Shown here: positions 8,897 to 18,637 of the stretch, one piece after another | Position numbering within the stretch: the stretch's first letter is position 1 | Layout of the letters: the number at the start of each line of letters is the position of its first letter | NCBI GenBank assembly: GCA_017469085.1 | Contig: JAFUHB010000239.1 | Coordinates: forward strand, 1 to 57,018 | Origin: Clostridia bacterium | GTDB lineage: Bacteria > Bacillota > Clostridia > Christensenellales > Aristaeellaceae | Reading direction: 5' to 3' | DNA: 57,018 bases | Translations under genes and position numbers: made by a program | Notes under the pieces: generated by a model | Databases searched by the model: none | What the model saw: only the letters and a program-made list of their open reading frames with translations | What the model was told of the DNA's origin: nothing

Positions 8897-9574
8897 ATGA
8901 AAAAAACATTGATAATCGTCAGCGTCCTGCTGGTTGCCGCGCTGGTATGCGGCGGCGTTCTCTACGCCCGGCTGGATGGAAATCAAAAGGAGCTCGCGCT
9001 GTCCGAAACAAAGCGTGAAGCGGCGGAAGCCGCCGCCAACGCCATCAACCGCGACCTGACTGCCGCCAACGAGCAATTGGCCGCCCTCACCGAGCAGCTG
9101 GATGAAGCGGCCGCCGAGGCGGCGCAACAGCAGGCGGACGCCGAAGCGAAGATCTCGGCCCTCACCGAGGAGCTCGGCGCCGCGCAGGCCCTGGCGGAAG
9201 CGGCGGAAGCTCTGCAGGCGCAGGCTGCGGAAGCCGACCAGAAACGGGCAGAAGCGCAGCTGCTGGCCGAGGAAGCGCTGGCGCAGGTAACCGCCCTGAC
9301 CGAGCGCGCCGAGGCGGCCGAGGCCGAGGCAGCCGCGCTGACCACCAGCCTGGCCGAAACGGAAGCCGCCCGCGCGACCTGGGAAGCCGCCTATACCAAT
9401 CTGAAGGACAGCCTGGCCTCCCTCCTGAACGACCTGCACGCGGACGCGGAGGAAGCACAGGAGGAACCCGAGACCGCCGAAGAAACGGCGGAGGACGCGC
9501 CCGCCCTGACGGAGGAAGGGACGCCGGACGACCAGGAGCCCCCCGAAAGCGCCGAAGAAGCGGAAGCCGCCTGA
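8897..9574 (+). CDS. Membrane-anchored Ala/Glu-rich coiled-coil protein (function unknown)
   Basis: MKKTLIIVSVLLVAALVCGGVL anchor, then about 150 aa of heptad-like A/E/Q/L sequence and an acidic tail. GGAGGA SD 7 nt before ATG 8897. Confidence 0.6.
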   Translation: MKKTLIIVSVLLVAALVCGGVLYARLDGNQKELALSETKREAAEAAANAINRDLTAANEQLAALTEQLDEAAAEAAQQQADAEAKISALTEELGAAQALAEAAEALQAQAAEADQKRAEAQLLAEEALAQVTALTERAEAAEAEAAALTTSLAETEAARATWEAAYTNLKDSLASLLNDLHADAEEAQEEPETAEETAEDAPALTEEGTPDDQEPPESAEEAEAA

Positions 9575-9597
9575 AGCATATAATAACAGGAGCCGTT

Positions 9598-10668
9598 ATG
9601 ACCATTCATCAAGCTCGCCTCGAGCGACGCCTGCGGGACGTGACCGCCCGATATCAAGAAGCGGGCTACTTTCCCTCCGCCGCCATTCGCGTATTTAACG
9701 ACAGGGGAACGCTGGCCGCCGTCTCGATTGGGGATGGCGCGCAGGACGCGCTGTTTGACGTCGCCTCCGTCACCAAGATCGCGACGGCGACGCAGATCCT
9801 TTTCCTGATCCGGGATGGGAGGCTTGCCCTGCACGCCCCGGTCGCCTCCGTGCTGCCGAGGCTCGAAGCCTCGCCCTTCCTGCGCGAGCGCTTTCAGGGC
9901 GTCACCGTATACCGGCTGCTGACGCATACCTCGTCGCTGCCCGCCTGGTACCCCTTTTATACGCGCCGCGGCGAGGATTTTTACGACGTGCTGACCCTCG
10001 CCCTGCAAACGTCCGAACGGACGGAGGGCGTCGTTTATTCGGACCTCAACTTTATGCTGCTGGGCAAGGTGATCGAGCGGCTCTGTGAAAAGCCCTTGGC
10101 CGAGTGCCTGCGGGACAACCTGACCGAACCATTGGCCCTGGGCGACCTAATGTATCGCCCCGCCGCCGACAGGAAGATCATCCCCTCTGACTTCGGCAAC
10201 GCCATCGAGATGGATATGTGCCGGGAACGGGGCCTTTCCTTTGACGGCTGGCGCGAGCTGGGCGTTCCCGTCCGGGGCACCGTCAACGACGGCAACTGCC
10301 ACTATTTCTTTGACGACGTCGCGGGGCACGCCGGCGTTTTCGCCACGGCGGAGGCTTACGAGCGCCTTTGCCGCTATTACCTGACCACCAGCGACCCGCT
10401 GCTGACCGAAGCCCAACGCGAGCAAAAAACCGCGCCCCGTCGGGGCATCGGCTTTCAGACCGGCCCCCTGTACCCGCACGGCTGCGGGCACCTGGGCTTT
10501 ACCGGCACCAGCATATACTTTTCAAAGGAATACCATATTGGCGCGGTCGCGCTGACCAACCGCCTCTATTACCCCCAAGGCAATCCCAACCCCACCAACG
10601 ATTTCCGCCGCGCGCTGCACGAAACCGTGTTCGCGCTGTGCGCGGAGGATGCCGCGTCGTCAAAATAA
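9598..10668 (+). CDS. Serine hydrolase, beta-lactamase/PBP4*-like family (class C fold)
   Basis: SxxK motif in FDVASVTKIAT, YSDLNF (YxN-like), HLGFTGTS (HxG). AGGAG SD. Confidence 0.8.
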   Translation: MTIHQARLERRLRDVTARYQEAGYFPSAAIRVFNDRGTLAAVSIGDGAQDALFDVASVTKIATATQILFLIRDGRLALHAPVASVLPRLEASPFLRERFQGVTVYRLLTHTSSLPAWYPFYTRRGEDFYDVLTLALQTSERTEGVVYSDLNFMLLGKVIERLCEKPLAECLRDNLTEPLALGDLMYRPAADRKIIPSDFGNAIEMDMCRERGLSFDGWRELGVPVRGTVNDGNCHYFFDDVAGHAGVFATAEAYERLCRYYLTTSDPLLTEAQREQKTAPRRGIGFQTGPLYPHGCGHLGFTGTSIYFSKEYHIGAVALTNRLYYPQGNPNPTNDFRRALHETVFALCAEDAASSK

Positions 10669-10677
10669 ACGCCGGTC

Positions 10678-12048
10678 TTAAATATCGGCGGAGCTGTTCT
10701 GCCCAACCAGCGGAAACAGGATGCTGACCGTGAAGGTGCCCTGATCCGCCAGGAAAGAGATCGTGCCGCCGTATTTTTCTACGATCATCGACATGCTCTT
10801 CGTACCGAACCCGTGCTGGCTGTGATCGGCCTGCGTCGTCTGGGGGAGACCGCCCTCGATGCGCACATCACCGTCATAGCGATTGTGGGAGGAGACGGAG
10901 AGCAGCGCACCGCGGGCCTTGACGCTGAGCGCAATGGTGCGCTGCGCGGGCTCCAGGCTCATCACGGAGCGGATGGCATTATCCAATAAATTACCAAAGA
11001 GGGAATAAATATCCGTCTCGCTGATAAAGGCAAGCTTTTCCCCGTCAGCGATGCAGTCGATTGAAATGCCGTTGCGTTGACAGAAAAGGGATTTTTCGGC
11101 CAAAATCACGTCCAACGCGTCGCAGCCGGTTTTTACGATCGAATCATAGATCTCAATGCTCTTTTCGACCTCCTTCAGCGCTTCGTTGGAGAGCGTGCCG
11201 GAGTGCCTCAGCCGATGGATCTGGTGCTTCATATCATGGCACTTGATATTGATCATATCGATGGTCTCTTTGGAAAAATCATATTGCTGCTTTTCCTGCC
11301 GACGAAGCTGCCGCACAATCTCCAGCTCGTTTTCCAGGTTTTTCCGCAGCAGCTGCCCAAAGAGGATCATCAGCACGCACAGCGTACACAGGAAATTGGT
11401 CAGGCTGGCGCACACAAAATAGCTTACGTCAAAGCTGGCGGTGGGATGATAGACCACGTAGGCGTTGAGCACGATTTCCACCAGCATCATCAGGACAACC
11501 ATGCCGAACAGGAAGGGGCTGGTGATGGAAACGCGCTCGTTCTTCCGGATGCGGCGGACAAAGGCAATATAAAGGATAAAATAGATCAGCGGGTAGGTCT
11601 CCAGGAAAACCGCCACCATGGTCACGTCAAAGCGGGCGGGCGCGCTGCCGTAGACCGATGTAAACTGATCCGTCTCGGCCAGGGACGCCAGATAGCTGTT
11701 GAGCGTATAGAGCAGATTGTATACAATGGAAGCCATATGCTGGATGGAATAACCCGCAATGGTGCAGAAAAAGCAGCTGTTCCAGCTGATATCATAGCTC
11801 CATTTGGACAGCAGAAGGGTAAGCAGATAAAAGAGCATGAACATCAGCGAGCTCGCCAGCGCGTCGCTGCCGTGGCTCGGATAAAGGAAAACGGCCAGGA
11901 AGCAAAGGAGCACGCTGAGGGAAAAGCGCAGCGCAAACCACGGCTTTTTTGGCAGGCGCAGCAGGATCATGGATTGCGCGACCAGCAGCGCAAGCATGTA
12001 AAGCGCCTTATAAGCATCCATCGAGGAGGGCTGAAAGACCGGCGGCAT
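10678..12048 (-). CDS. AgrC-like (HPK10) GHKL sensor histidine kinase with a polytopic N-terminal sensor
   Basis: About 6 TM helices, H-box KCHDMKHQIHRL, GHKL motifs NLLDNAIRS and GFGTKSM. The start overlaps the stop of the upstream LytTR regulator (TGATG). Confidence 0.85.
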   Translation of the reverse strand: MPPVFQPSSMDAYKALYMLALLVAQSMILLRLPKKPWFALRFSLSVLLCFLAVFLYPSHGSDALASSLMFMLFYLLTLLLSKWSYDISWNSCFFCTIAGYSIQHMASIVYNLLYTLNSYLASLAETDQFTSVYGSAPARFDVTMVAVFLETYPLIYFILYIAFVRRIRKNERVSITSPFLFGMVVLMMLVEIVLNAYVVYHPTASFDVSYFVCASLTNFLCTLCVLMILFGQLLRKNLENELEIVRQLRRQEKQQYDFSKETIDMINIKCHDMKHQIHRLRHSGTLSNEALKEVEKSIEIYDSIVKTGCDALDVILAEKSLFCQRNGISIDCIADGEKLAFISETDIYSLFGNLLDNAIRSVMSLEPAQRTIALSVKARGALLSVSSHNRYDGDVRIEGGLPQTTQADHSQHGFGTKSMSMIVEKYGGTISFLADQGTFTVSILFPLVGQNSSADI

Positions 12049-12770
12049 CAGAAATTCCCTCCCAGAAATTCATTGAGCTGGGCCATAAAGCCGCTCTTGC
12101 GGGAACGGCTCACCTGCAGGGTCTGCCCGGCCACCGTCGTCTCCATGCCATTCACCGCGGAGACAAAATTCAGATTGACCAGGTAACAGTGATTGCAGCG
12201 GGAAAACACCTTAGGGTTCAGCTGCTCCTCCGCCGATTTCAAGGTGCCGTATACAGTATAGCTGCCCTCCGTCGTATGATAGATCAGCTTATGCCCCGCC
12301 ACCTCCACATACTGAATCTGCGAAGGAGAAATTCGCTTCTTGCCCTCCGAAAGATTCAGCAGGATAAAGCTGTCGCGCTGCTCGTTCGCCAATTTGCGCA
12401 GCACGCGGCGCATTTTCATTTCAAAATTGTCATAGCTGACCGGCTTTACCAGGAAGTCAAAGGCCTCCACCTCATAGCCCTTCACGGCAAACTGCGCCAT
12501 GTTCGTCACAAACACCAGGGTCATGTTCCGGTCCAGCCGGCGCAGCGCCTGCGCGGTGTCCATGCCGTTCGTGCCGGGCATCAGGATGTCCATCAGCACC
12601 AGGTCGTACACCGGCTGATAACGGGCGATAAAGGAATCGCCGTCAGAAAAGCGCGTCAGCTGAAACTCATTCTCATCGATATGTCGAAACCGCTCCAAAT
12701 AGGTCTCGATCCGCTTCGCCTCGGCATCCTGATCCTCCACCAGCGCAATATGATACAGCATCATATCCAC
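12048..12770 (-). CDS. LytTR-family response regulator
   Basis: REC domain (ALVEDQD ... DLVLMDILMPGTNG) plus a C-terminal LytTR domain (IQYVEVAGHKLIYHT ... FSRCNHCYLVNLNFV). Confidence 0.88.
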   Translation of the reverse strand: MDMMLYHIALVEDQDAEAKRIETYLERFRHIDENEFQLTRFSDGDSFIARYQPVYDLVLMDILMPGTNGMDTAQALRRLDRNMTLVFVTNMAQFAVKGYEVEAFDFLVKPVSYDNFEMKMRRVLRKLANEQRDSFILLNLSEGKKRISPSQIQYVEVAGHKLIYHTTEGSYTVYGTLKSAEEQLNPKVFSRCNHCYLVNLNFVSAVNGMETTVAGQTLQVSRSRKSGFMAQLNEFLGGNF

Positions 12771-12933
12771 CCTCTTTTCTGTTCCAGTATAACACAGCCG
12801 GCCTTGCTTGCAAACCGACTATGCTAAAAAAATAACGGCTTATGCTGAATCGCTTGACTGAGGCAGGGCGGAATGATACGTTGATGCCAGAAACGGACCG
12901 CTTGGTCCAATCAACAGAAAGGAGCTCTTCATC

Positions 12934-15312
12934 ATGAAGAAAATCGTCTCATTGCTTGCTGCGCTGACGTTGCTGCTCAGCTGCCTGGGCGCCGTGTCCT
13001 TCGCAGAAGGCGCGAAGTACAGCGTTGAAACCACCAAGGACGGCTGGATCAAGGTCGTCAACGAGGGCGGAGCTACTCTGGGCTACAGCCCGGACAGCGG
13101 TGTGACCCTGCTGGAGGTGGACGGCTACGCCTTTAAGGATTTGAACAAAAATGGCGAGCTGGATGTGTATGAAGATTGGCGGCTGGACGCAACAGAGCGT
13201 GCCAGGGATCTGGCAGGCCAGATGGATGACTATTCCAAATTGATGTACCTGATGCTTCATCCCTCTCTGGGCGGCATTGAAGCAGATGGTTCGGCAGCGA
13301 CCATTGGTCAGGTCCCTGCTACAGCTTTGTATGATAAGGGCCTGCGGTCTGCTCTGAACGGCTCTGTGGGACGGTTCCCTGCCAAAGCGCTGGCGACTTA
13401 CAATAATGTGACACAGGCTTATGTGGAAGCGCTTGATTGGGGGATTCCCTTTGGATTCAGCTCCAACCCTAATACCCTGGGGTATGCGCGCAGCCTGGCA
13501 ATGGCCTCGACCTTTGATATTGATTTTGTGTTCAATATCTATAAGGAGCAGGCGAAGTATTACCGTGCGATCGGCGTCTCCACTTTGCTTGGCCCGCAGC
13601 TGGACCTGACATCCGAGCCTCGCTGGAATCGTACTCGCGATACCTTTGGTGAGGACCCTGCGCTGTCCGCTGCGATGGCGAATGCCGCGATCAGCGCGCT
13701 GCAGTCCACTTGGGATGAGAATGGAAATGACCTTGGATGGGGCGAGGACAGCGTAGCTACGACCGTAAAGCACTGGCCGGGAGACGGCAGCGGCGAAAGC
13801 GGCCGTGAGTCCCATGCCGCCTCCGGCAAGTACACGGTTTATCCTGGCGATGGCTTCGAAACGATTCTGATCCCCTTTGTAAAGGGTGCGTTTAACCTGA
13901 CCAGCTCGACGGGAATTGCGTCTGGAATCATGACATCCTACTCGATTGCTTATTCGGATGATGAGAAGTACGGTGCTCTGGTTGCCAGTCCGTATAGCGA
14001 ATTCAAGATTCAGCTGGCCCGCAGCTACAATCCGGACGCTATGATGGTCAGCGACTGGGGTTCTCTGACCAGCAAAGGATACGGTATTGATACGGAATCA
14101 GTTTCTGTTGGTCAGCGTTTCGCGATGATGATATTGACCGATATGGATCAGGTTGGAGGAGAGACGGAGGCGGATTTTGATATGGCCTGGGCGTATCTGG
14201 TAGAGAAACTGGGAGAAGAAAACGCGCTGGCTCGTTTGCAGAAATCTGCCTACCGCATCACGCTGCCTATGTTCCGGGTAGGATTGTTCGATAATCCCTA
14301 TACCGATACAGCTAAAGCGATTAAAATCGAAAACAGCGCCGAGGCTGCCGCCCTGAAGGCTAAAAGCCAGACCGCGGGAATCATCATGGCTAAAAATGCC
14401 AATGACGTGATCCATGAAGCGGAGGAAACCGCAGAAAAGAAGACAGTTTATATTCCTATGATGTGGAACGACGGCGTCGGCGCGACTCCCATGGACAACA
14501 GCGAGCCGCACTGGTATCTGCCTGTTGATCTGGCGGAGACGAACAAGACTTATAATGTAATCACTGATACCATTGCCGAGCCCTCTGGTACAGACAAGGA
14601 CGGAAAACCTGCCTATACAGAGGCTGACATCATCCGGGCCGCTGCTGAAGAAATTGCTACGGCAGATATGGCCATCATCTTTACAGGAGGACCCAAGAAT
14701 GCCGGCTCCGAAGGAAAGGGCTATGGTCACGATAATAACACGGATGAATATTTCCCCATCTCACTGCAGTATGGCGAGTATGTCGCGGACTCCGATGTTG
14801 TGCGTGAAGCATCCATCTCTGGAGACACGATCATTGAGACCGTGAATGATCTGTATGCTGAGATTAACATTGCGAAGAAGGAAAACCGCGGTTATTATGA
14901 CGAAGAAGCCCGTATTACCAACAGATCCGATCTGGATGCTATTCTGTACGCGGCAGAGAATGCACCCGATGATGCTCCAGTGATTGTAGCGATCAACGCG
15001 ATTCGGCCGACCATCGTATCGGAGTTTGAGGAAAAGGTGGACGCGATTCTGTTTGGGTGGTCTGTGGATAACGCCAGATTCATCGACATTATTACTGGCC
15101 AGGTTGAACCTACCGCGCTTCTGCCGCTGCAGATTCCTGCTGACATGGAGACCGTGGAAGCCCAACTGGAGGATGTTCCCCGCGATATGACGGTTCACAC
15201 TGATGCAGAAGGAAATGCTTATGATTTCGGTTTCGGCCTGAACTGGTCTGGTGTGATTAAGGATACCCGCACTGAGACTTACAAGGTGGATGTACTTACA
15301 GGACTGGAATAA
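12934..15312 (+). CDS. Secreted glycoside hydrolase family 3 (beta-glucosidase/xylosidase-like), canonical domain order
   Basis: Signal peptide with possible lipobox LLSC. KHWPGDGSGESGRESH and MMVSDWGS (nucleophile Asp) match the GH3 N-domain, followed by the GH3 C-domain. AAAGGAG SD. Confidence 0.85.
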   Translation: MKKIVSLLAALTLLLSCLGAVSFAEGAKYSVETTKDGWIKVVNEGGATLGYSPDSGVTLLEVDGYAFKDLNKNGELDVYEDWRLDATERARDLAGQMDDYSKLMYLMLHPSLGGIEADGSAATIGQVPATALYDKGLRSALNGSVGRFPAKALATYNNVTQAYVEALDWGIPFGFSSNPNTLGYARSLAMASTFDIDFVFNIYKEQAKYYRAIGVSTLLGPQLDLTSEPRWNRTRDTFGEDPALSAAMANAAISALQSTWDENGNDLGWGEDSVATTVKHWPGDGSGESGRESHAASGKYTVYPGDGFETILIPFVKGAFNLTSSTGIASGIMTSYSIAYSDDEKYGALVASPYSEFKIQLARSYNPDAMMVSDWGSLTSKGYGIDTESVSVGQRFAMMILTDMDQVGGETEADFDMAWAYLVEKLGEENALARLQKSAYRITLPMFRVGLFDNPYTDTAKAIKIENSAEAAALKAKSQTAGIIMAKNANDVIHEAEETAEKKTVYIPMMWNDGVGATPMDNSEPHWYLPVDLAETNKTYNVITDTIAEPSGTDKDGKPAYTEADIIRAAAEEIATADMAIIFTGGPKNAGSEGKGYGHDNNTDEYFPISLQYGEYVADSDVVREASISGDTIIETVNDLYAEINIAKKENRGYYDEEARITNRSDLDAILYAAENAPDDAPVIVAINAIRPTIVSEFEEKVDAILFGWSVDNARFIDIITGQVEPTALLPLQIPADMETVEAQLEDVPRDMTVHTDAEGNAYDFGFGLNWSGVIKDTRTETYKVDVLTGLE

Positions 15313-15403
15313 GATGTAATATTAAAATGTTCCCCCTGGGGAGGGCGGCGGTCGCAGTGCCACCGCCCTTTTTCCACCACAGGCGGCCAAAGGAGGCAAT
15401 CCC

Positions 15404-18400
15404 ATGACCAATTTTCTTGTCAACATGGTCTCTCCCATCCTGACCCCCATGGGTGTCAGTAAAGCAGATTTGGCTGTATATATTGAGGCCATCAGCGGGA
15501 AGCTGCTGATCGGCGGCGCAGCGCTGCTGGCGCTGATTGCCGTGCTGATCGGCGCTCACTGGATCAAAAAAGGCTGGAAGGCCTTTGTCCGCGCTCAGGC
15601 CGTCGTCGTTTTCCTGCTGGTCCTGGTGCTGCTGGTCAACAGCGTGTGCTATAACGCGCCGATCTACGGCCCGCTTTCCACCTTCCTGAACGCCAGCGCC
15701 ATTGAGATCAACGAGGAGCTTTCCTCCGCGAGCCTCTCGATCACCGAGCGCATCGGCGCGGAGGGCTTCGTGCTTTTGAAGAATGACGGCGATACGCTGC
15801 CGCTCTCCTCCAGCACAAAGAAAATCAATGTGTTTGGCTGGGCCTCCACCCAGCCCTATCTGGGAGGCACCGGTTCCTCCGCCGGCTCCAACGAGGACGC
15901 CTGCGGCATTCTGGATTCCCTGCAGCGGGCCGGATACGAGACTAACCAAACCCTGACTGATCTCTACACCGCCTATGCCGCCGAGCGCCCCGGCGCGGAC
16001 ATGTTCGGCCAGAACATGACCCTGCCGGAACCCACCGCCGCAGCTTATACCGACAGCATCCTCAGCGAGGCAAAAGCTTTCTCCGATACCGCGCTGGTGG
16101 TCATTGCCCGGGGCGGCGGGGAAAACTATGATCTGCCCATAGATATGCACGCCGTGATTCATGGCGCTTATAACATTGCTGAGAAGGTTTCCAACAGTCC
16201 GGAGGTCTATCCCTACACCAAAGTGACTTATACCAACAATGGCGACTATGATGACTTTGATGCGGGCGAAAGCTATCTGGAGCTGTCCAACACCGAGGAA
16301 GCCATGCTGGGGCTCGTTTGCGAGAGCTTTGACAAGGTCATTCTTGTCGTAAACAGCTGCAATCCCATGGAATTGGGCTTTGTAAACGACTATCCGATCG
16401 ACGCGGTCATCTATGCGCCTGCCGCCGGAGCGCAGGGCTTTGCCGCCCTGGGCGAAATCCTCAGCGGAAATATCAACCCCTCCGGCCGCACCGCCGACAC
16501 CTGGGTCTATGATCTGCTGGATACGCCCACCATCCACAATGTGGGCATCAACGCCTACACCAACGTGGACGACGTAAAAGCCGCTGTGCTGGCGGCCGAC
16601 GCCACCTATCAGGGCTCCATGAGCTTTGTCAACTATGTTGAAGGCATTTACACCGGCTATAAGTTCTATGAAACAGCGGCCGAGGAAGGCCTGATTGACT
16701 ACGACGCCGTGGTGCAGTATCCCTTCGGCTACGGCCTGAGTTATACCAGCTTTACAGAGGAGATCACCTCCTTCTCGGAGGAGAGAGATACGCTTCGCCT
16801 AACGGTGAAGGTGACCAATACCGGCAGCCGCGCCGGACGGGATGTGGTGGAATTGTATTACACCGCGCCCTATACCAACGGCGGCATTGAGAAAGCCGCC
16901 GCTAACCTGCTGGACTTTGAAAAAACAGAAAGCCTCAGCGCCGGTGAAAGCCAGACCGTTACCTTCACGGTAAACAAGGAAGACCTGGCCTCCTATGACA
17001 GCGAGGGTGTCAAGCTGCCGGGCGGCGGTTACATCCTGCAGGCGGGCGAGTACTCCCTGTCCATCCGCACGGACAGTCATCATGTAGCGGACTCCCGCAG
17101 CTTTACCGTGGACGCGGACATCGCTTACAACGAGACGGGTCGCGCCTCCGATCAGACGGCGGCGGTCAACCAGTTTGAGAGCTACGCCCGTGGAACATTC
17201 ACCCAGCTGAGCCGCGCAAACGGTTTTGCAAATTATGCGGAAGCCGTTGCCGCCCCCGCCTCCGCCGAGCTTTCGGACGCGGACAAGGAGGCTGTCGCCG
17301 CCCAACTCTGGGGCTTCTATGACGAAAATCTCTATCAGAATGGGGACGACGCGAAGCCCAATTCCGGCAAAAAAAACGGCCTGACCCTGGCGGACATGAC
17401 CGGCAAGGATTATGATGATCCGGACTGGGAAAAGCTGCTGGATCAGACCAAAGCCAAGGATCTGCTGGACCTGGTGTACAATGGCGGCTGGAAAACAGCG
17501 GAGCTACGCAGCATAGGAAAAGTGGCCACCAATGATTCCGACGGGCCGGCGGGCCTCAACAACTATATCACCGGCTCCTCCGGCACCACCTTCCCGGCGG
17601 AAATCCTGATGGCGCAGACCTGGAGCAAGGAAGTCGCCTCGCTGATCGGCACGACCATGGGGCAGGAGTTTGCCTCCGCGAACAACTATGGCTGGTATGG
17701 TCCCGCCATGAACCTGCATCGCAGCGCGTTTGCGGGCCGGAATTTTGAATATTACTCCGAGGACGCGATGCTTTCCGCCATCATTGCCACCTGTGAGGCC
17801 AACGGCGCTGCGCAGTACGGCGTATACCCTTACCTGAAGCACTTCGCCATGAACGACCAGGAACTGGGCCGCACGGCCATCCTGTTGACCTTCGCCTCGG
17901 AGCAGGCCATCCGCGAGGTCTATCTCAAGCCCTTTGAGTACACGGTGAAGCATTTCTCCGGCAAGGCCCTGGCCATGATGAGCTCCTACAACTTTATCGG
18001 CACCAAGTACGCCGGCGCGAACCCGGAGCTGCTGCAAACCGTTCTCCGGGCTGAATGGGGCTTCCGCGGCATGGTCGAGACGGACTATGACGGCTCCTAC
18101 GGCTATATGATCACTGACGCGGTGATCCGCAATGGCGGCGATCTGATGCTGGGCTATGGCTCCTATGCCACCAACGAGCTGAGCACCAAGAAAGCCACAA
18201 CGCTGCTCAACCTTCGCCGTGCCGCCAAGAACATCCTCTATACCGTTGCCAACAGCGGTTATTACGGCGTAGGGCTGAAGGATGCGACCTCGCCAGAAGA
18301 GACAGAGGAGGTCCAGGAAACCGAAGCCCCGCCCGTCGAGACGGCTGCCCCGGTCGTCCAGGAAAGCGGCGTCAACAATATGGACGCGCTCTTCCGCAAA

Positions 18401-18502
18401 ATCAACCTCACCGCCGCGGCAATCCTGATCGCCTTGGAAGCCATCATCATCCTGTGCCAGCTGCGCGGCAAAAAGGGCAAGCGCGGATCACCCGAAAGAT
18501 AA
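15404..18502 (+). CDS. Membrane-anchored GH3 glycosidase with permuted domain order (GH3-C, Fn3-like, then GH3-N)
   Basis: N-terminal TM helices. EGFVLLKNDGDTLPL and YPFGYGLSYTSF (GH3 C-domain) plus Fn3-like VKVTNTGSRAGRDVVELYY come before the GH3 N-domain motifs YLKHFAMNDQELGR and WGFRGMVETDYDG. There is a C-terminal TM helix. Confidence 0.85.
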   Translation: MTNFLVNMVSPILTPMGVSKADLAVYIEAISGKLLIGGAALLALIAVLIGAHWIKKGWKAFVRAQAVVVFLLVLVLLVNSVCYNAPIYGPLSTFLNASAIEINEELSSASLSITERIGAEGFVLLKNDGDTLPLSSSTKKINVFGWASTQPYLGGTGSSAGSNEDACGILDSLQRAGYETNQTLTDLYTAYAAERPGADMFGQNMTLPEPTAAAYTDSILSEAKAFSDTALVVIARGGGENYDLPIDMHAVIHGAYNIAEKVSNSPEVYPYTKVTYTNNGDYDDFDAGESYLELSNTEEAMLGLVCESFDKVILVVNSCNPMELGFVNDYPIDAVIYAPAAGAQGFAALGEILSGNINPSGRTADTWVYDLLDTPTIHNVGINAYTNVDDVKAAVLAADATYQGSMSFVNYVEGIYTGYKFYETAAEEGLIDYDAVVQYPFGYGLSYTSFTEEITSFSEERDTLRLTVKVTNTGSRAGRDVVELYYTAPYTNGGIEKAAANLLDFEKTESLSAGESQTVTFTVNKEDLASYDSEGVKLPGGGYILQAGEYSLSIRTDSHHVADSRSFTVDADIAYNETGRASDQTAAVNQFESYARGTFTQLSRANGFANYAEAVAAPASAELSDADKEAVAAQLWGFYDENLYQNGDDAKPNSGKKNGLTLADMTGKDYDDPDWEKLLDQTKAKDLLDLVYNGGWKTAELRSIGKVATNDSDGPAGLNNYITGSSGTTFPAEILMAQTWSKEVASLIGTTMGQEFASANNYGWYGPAMNLHRSAFAGRNFEYYSEDAMLSAIIATCEANGAAQYGVYPYLKHFAMNDQELGRTAILLTFASEQAIREVYLKPFEYTVKHFSGKALAMMSSYNFIGTKYAGANPELLQTVLRAEWGFRGMVETDYDGSYGYMITDAVIRNGGDLMLGYGSYATNELSTKKATTLLNLRRAAKNILYTVANSGYYGVGLKDATSPEETEEVQETEAPPVETAAPVVQESGVNNMDALFRKINLTAAAILIALEAIIILCQLRGKKGKRGSPER

Positions 18503-18637
18503 CGCGGACTTGGTGAAACGTCGTTTTTCCAAGATTCTCCACTAAAAATCCAAATAATAAAGCAGCCAAATGGCGATTTGTTAAAAATCATTCATTCGCG
18601 CTGCTTTATTTTTATGCTTGACTTATACTCAATAAAC

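Noticed and set aside
8983-9605. Several overlapping ORFs in other frames and strands of the Ala/Glu-rich coiled-coil gene
   Set aside because: These are low-complexity GC-rich repeats that are open in many frames. Only the frame with a TM anchor and GGAGGA SD is plausible.
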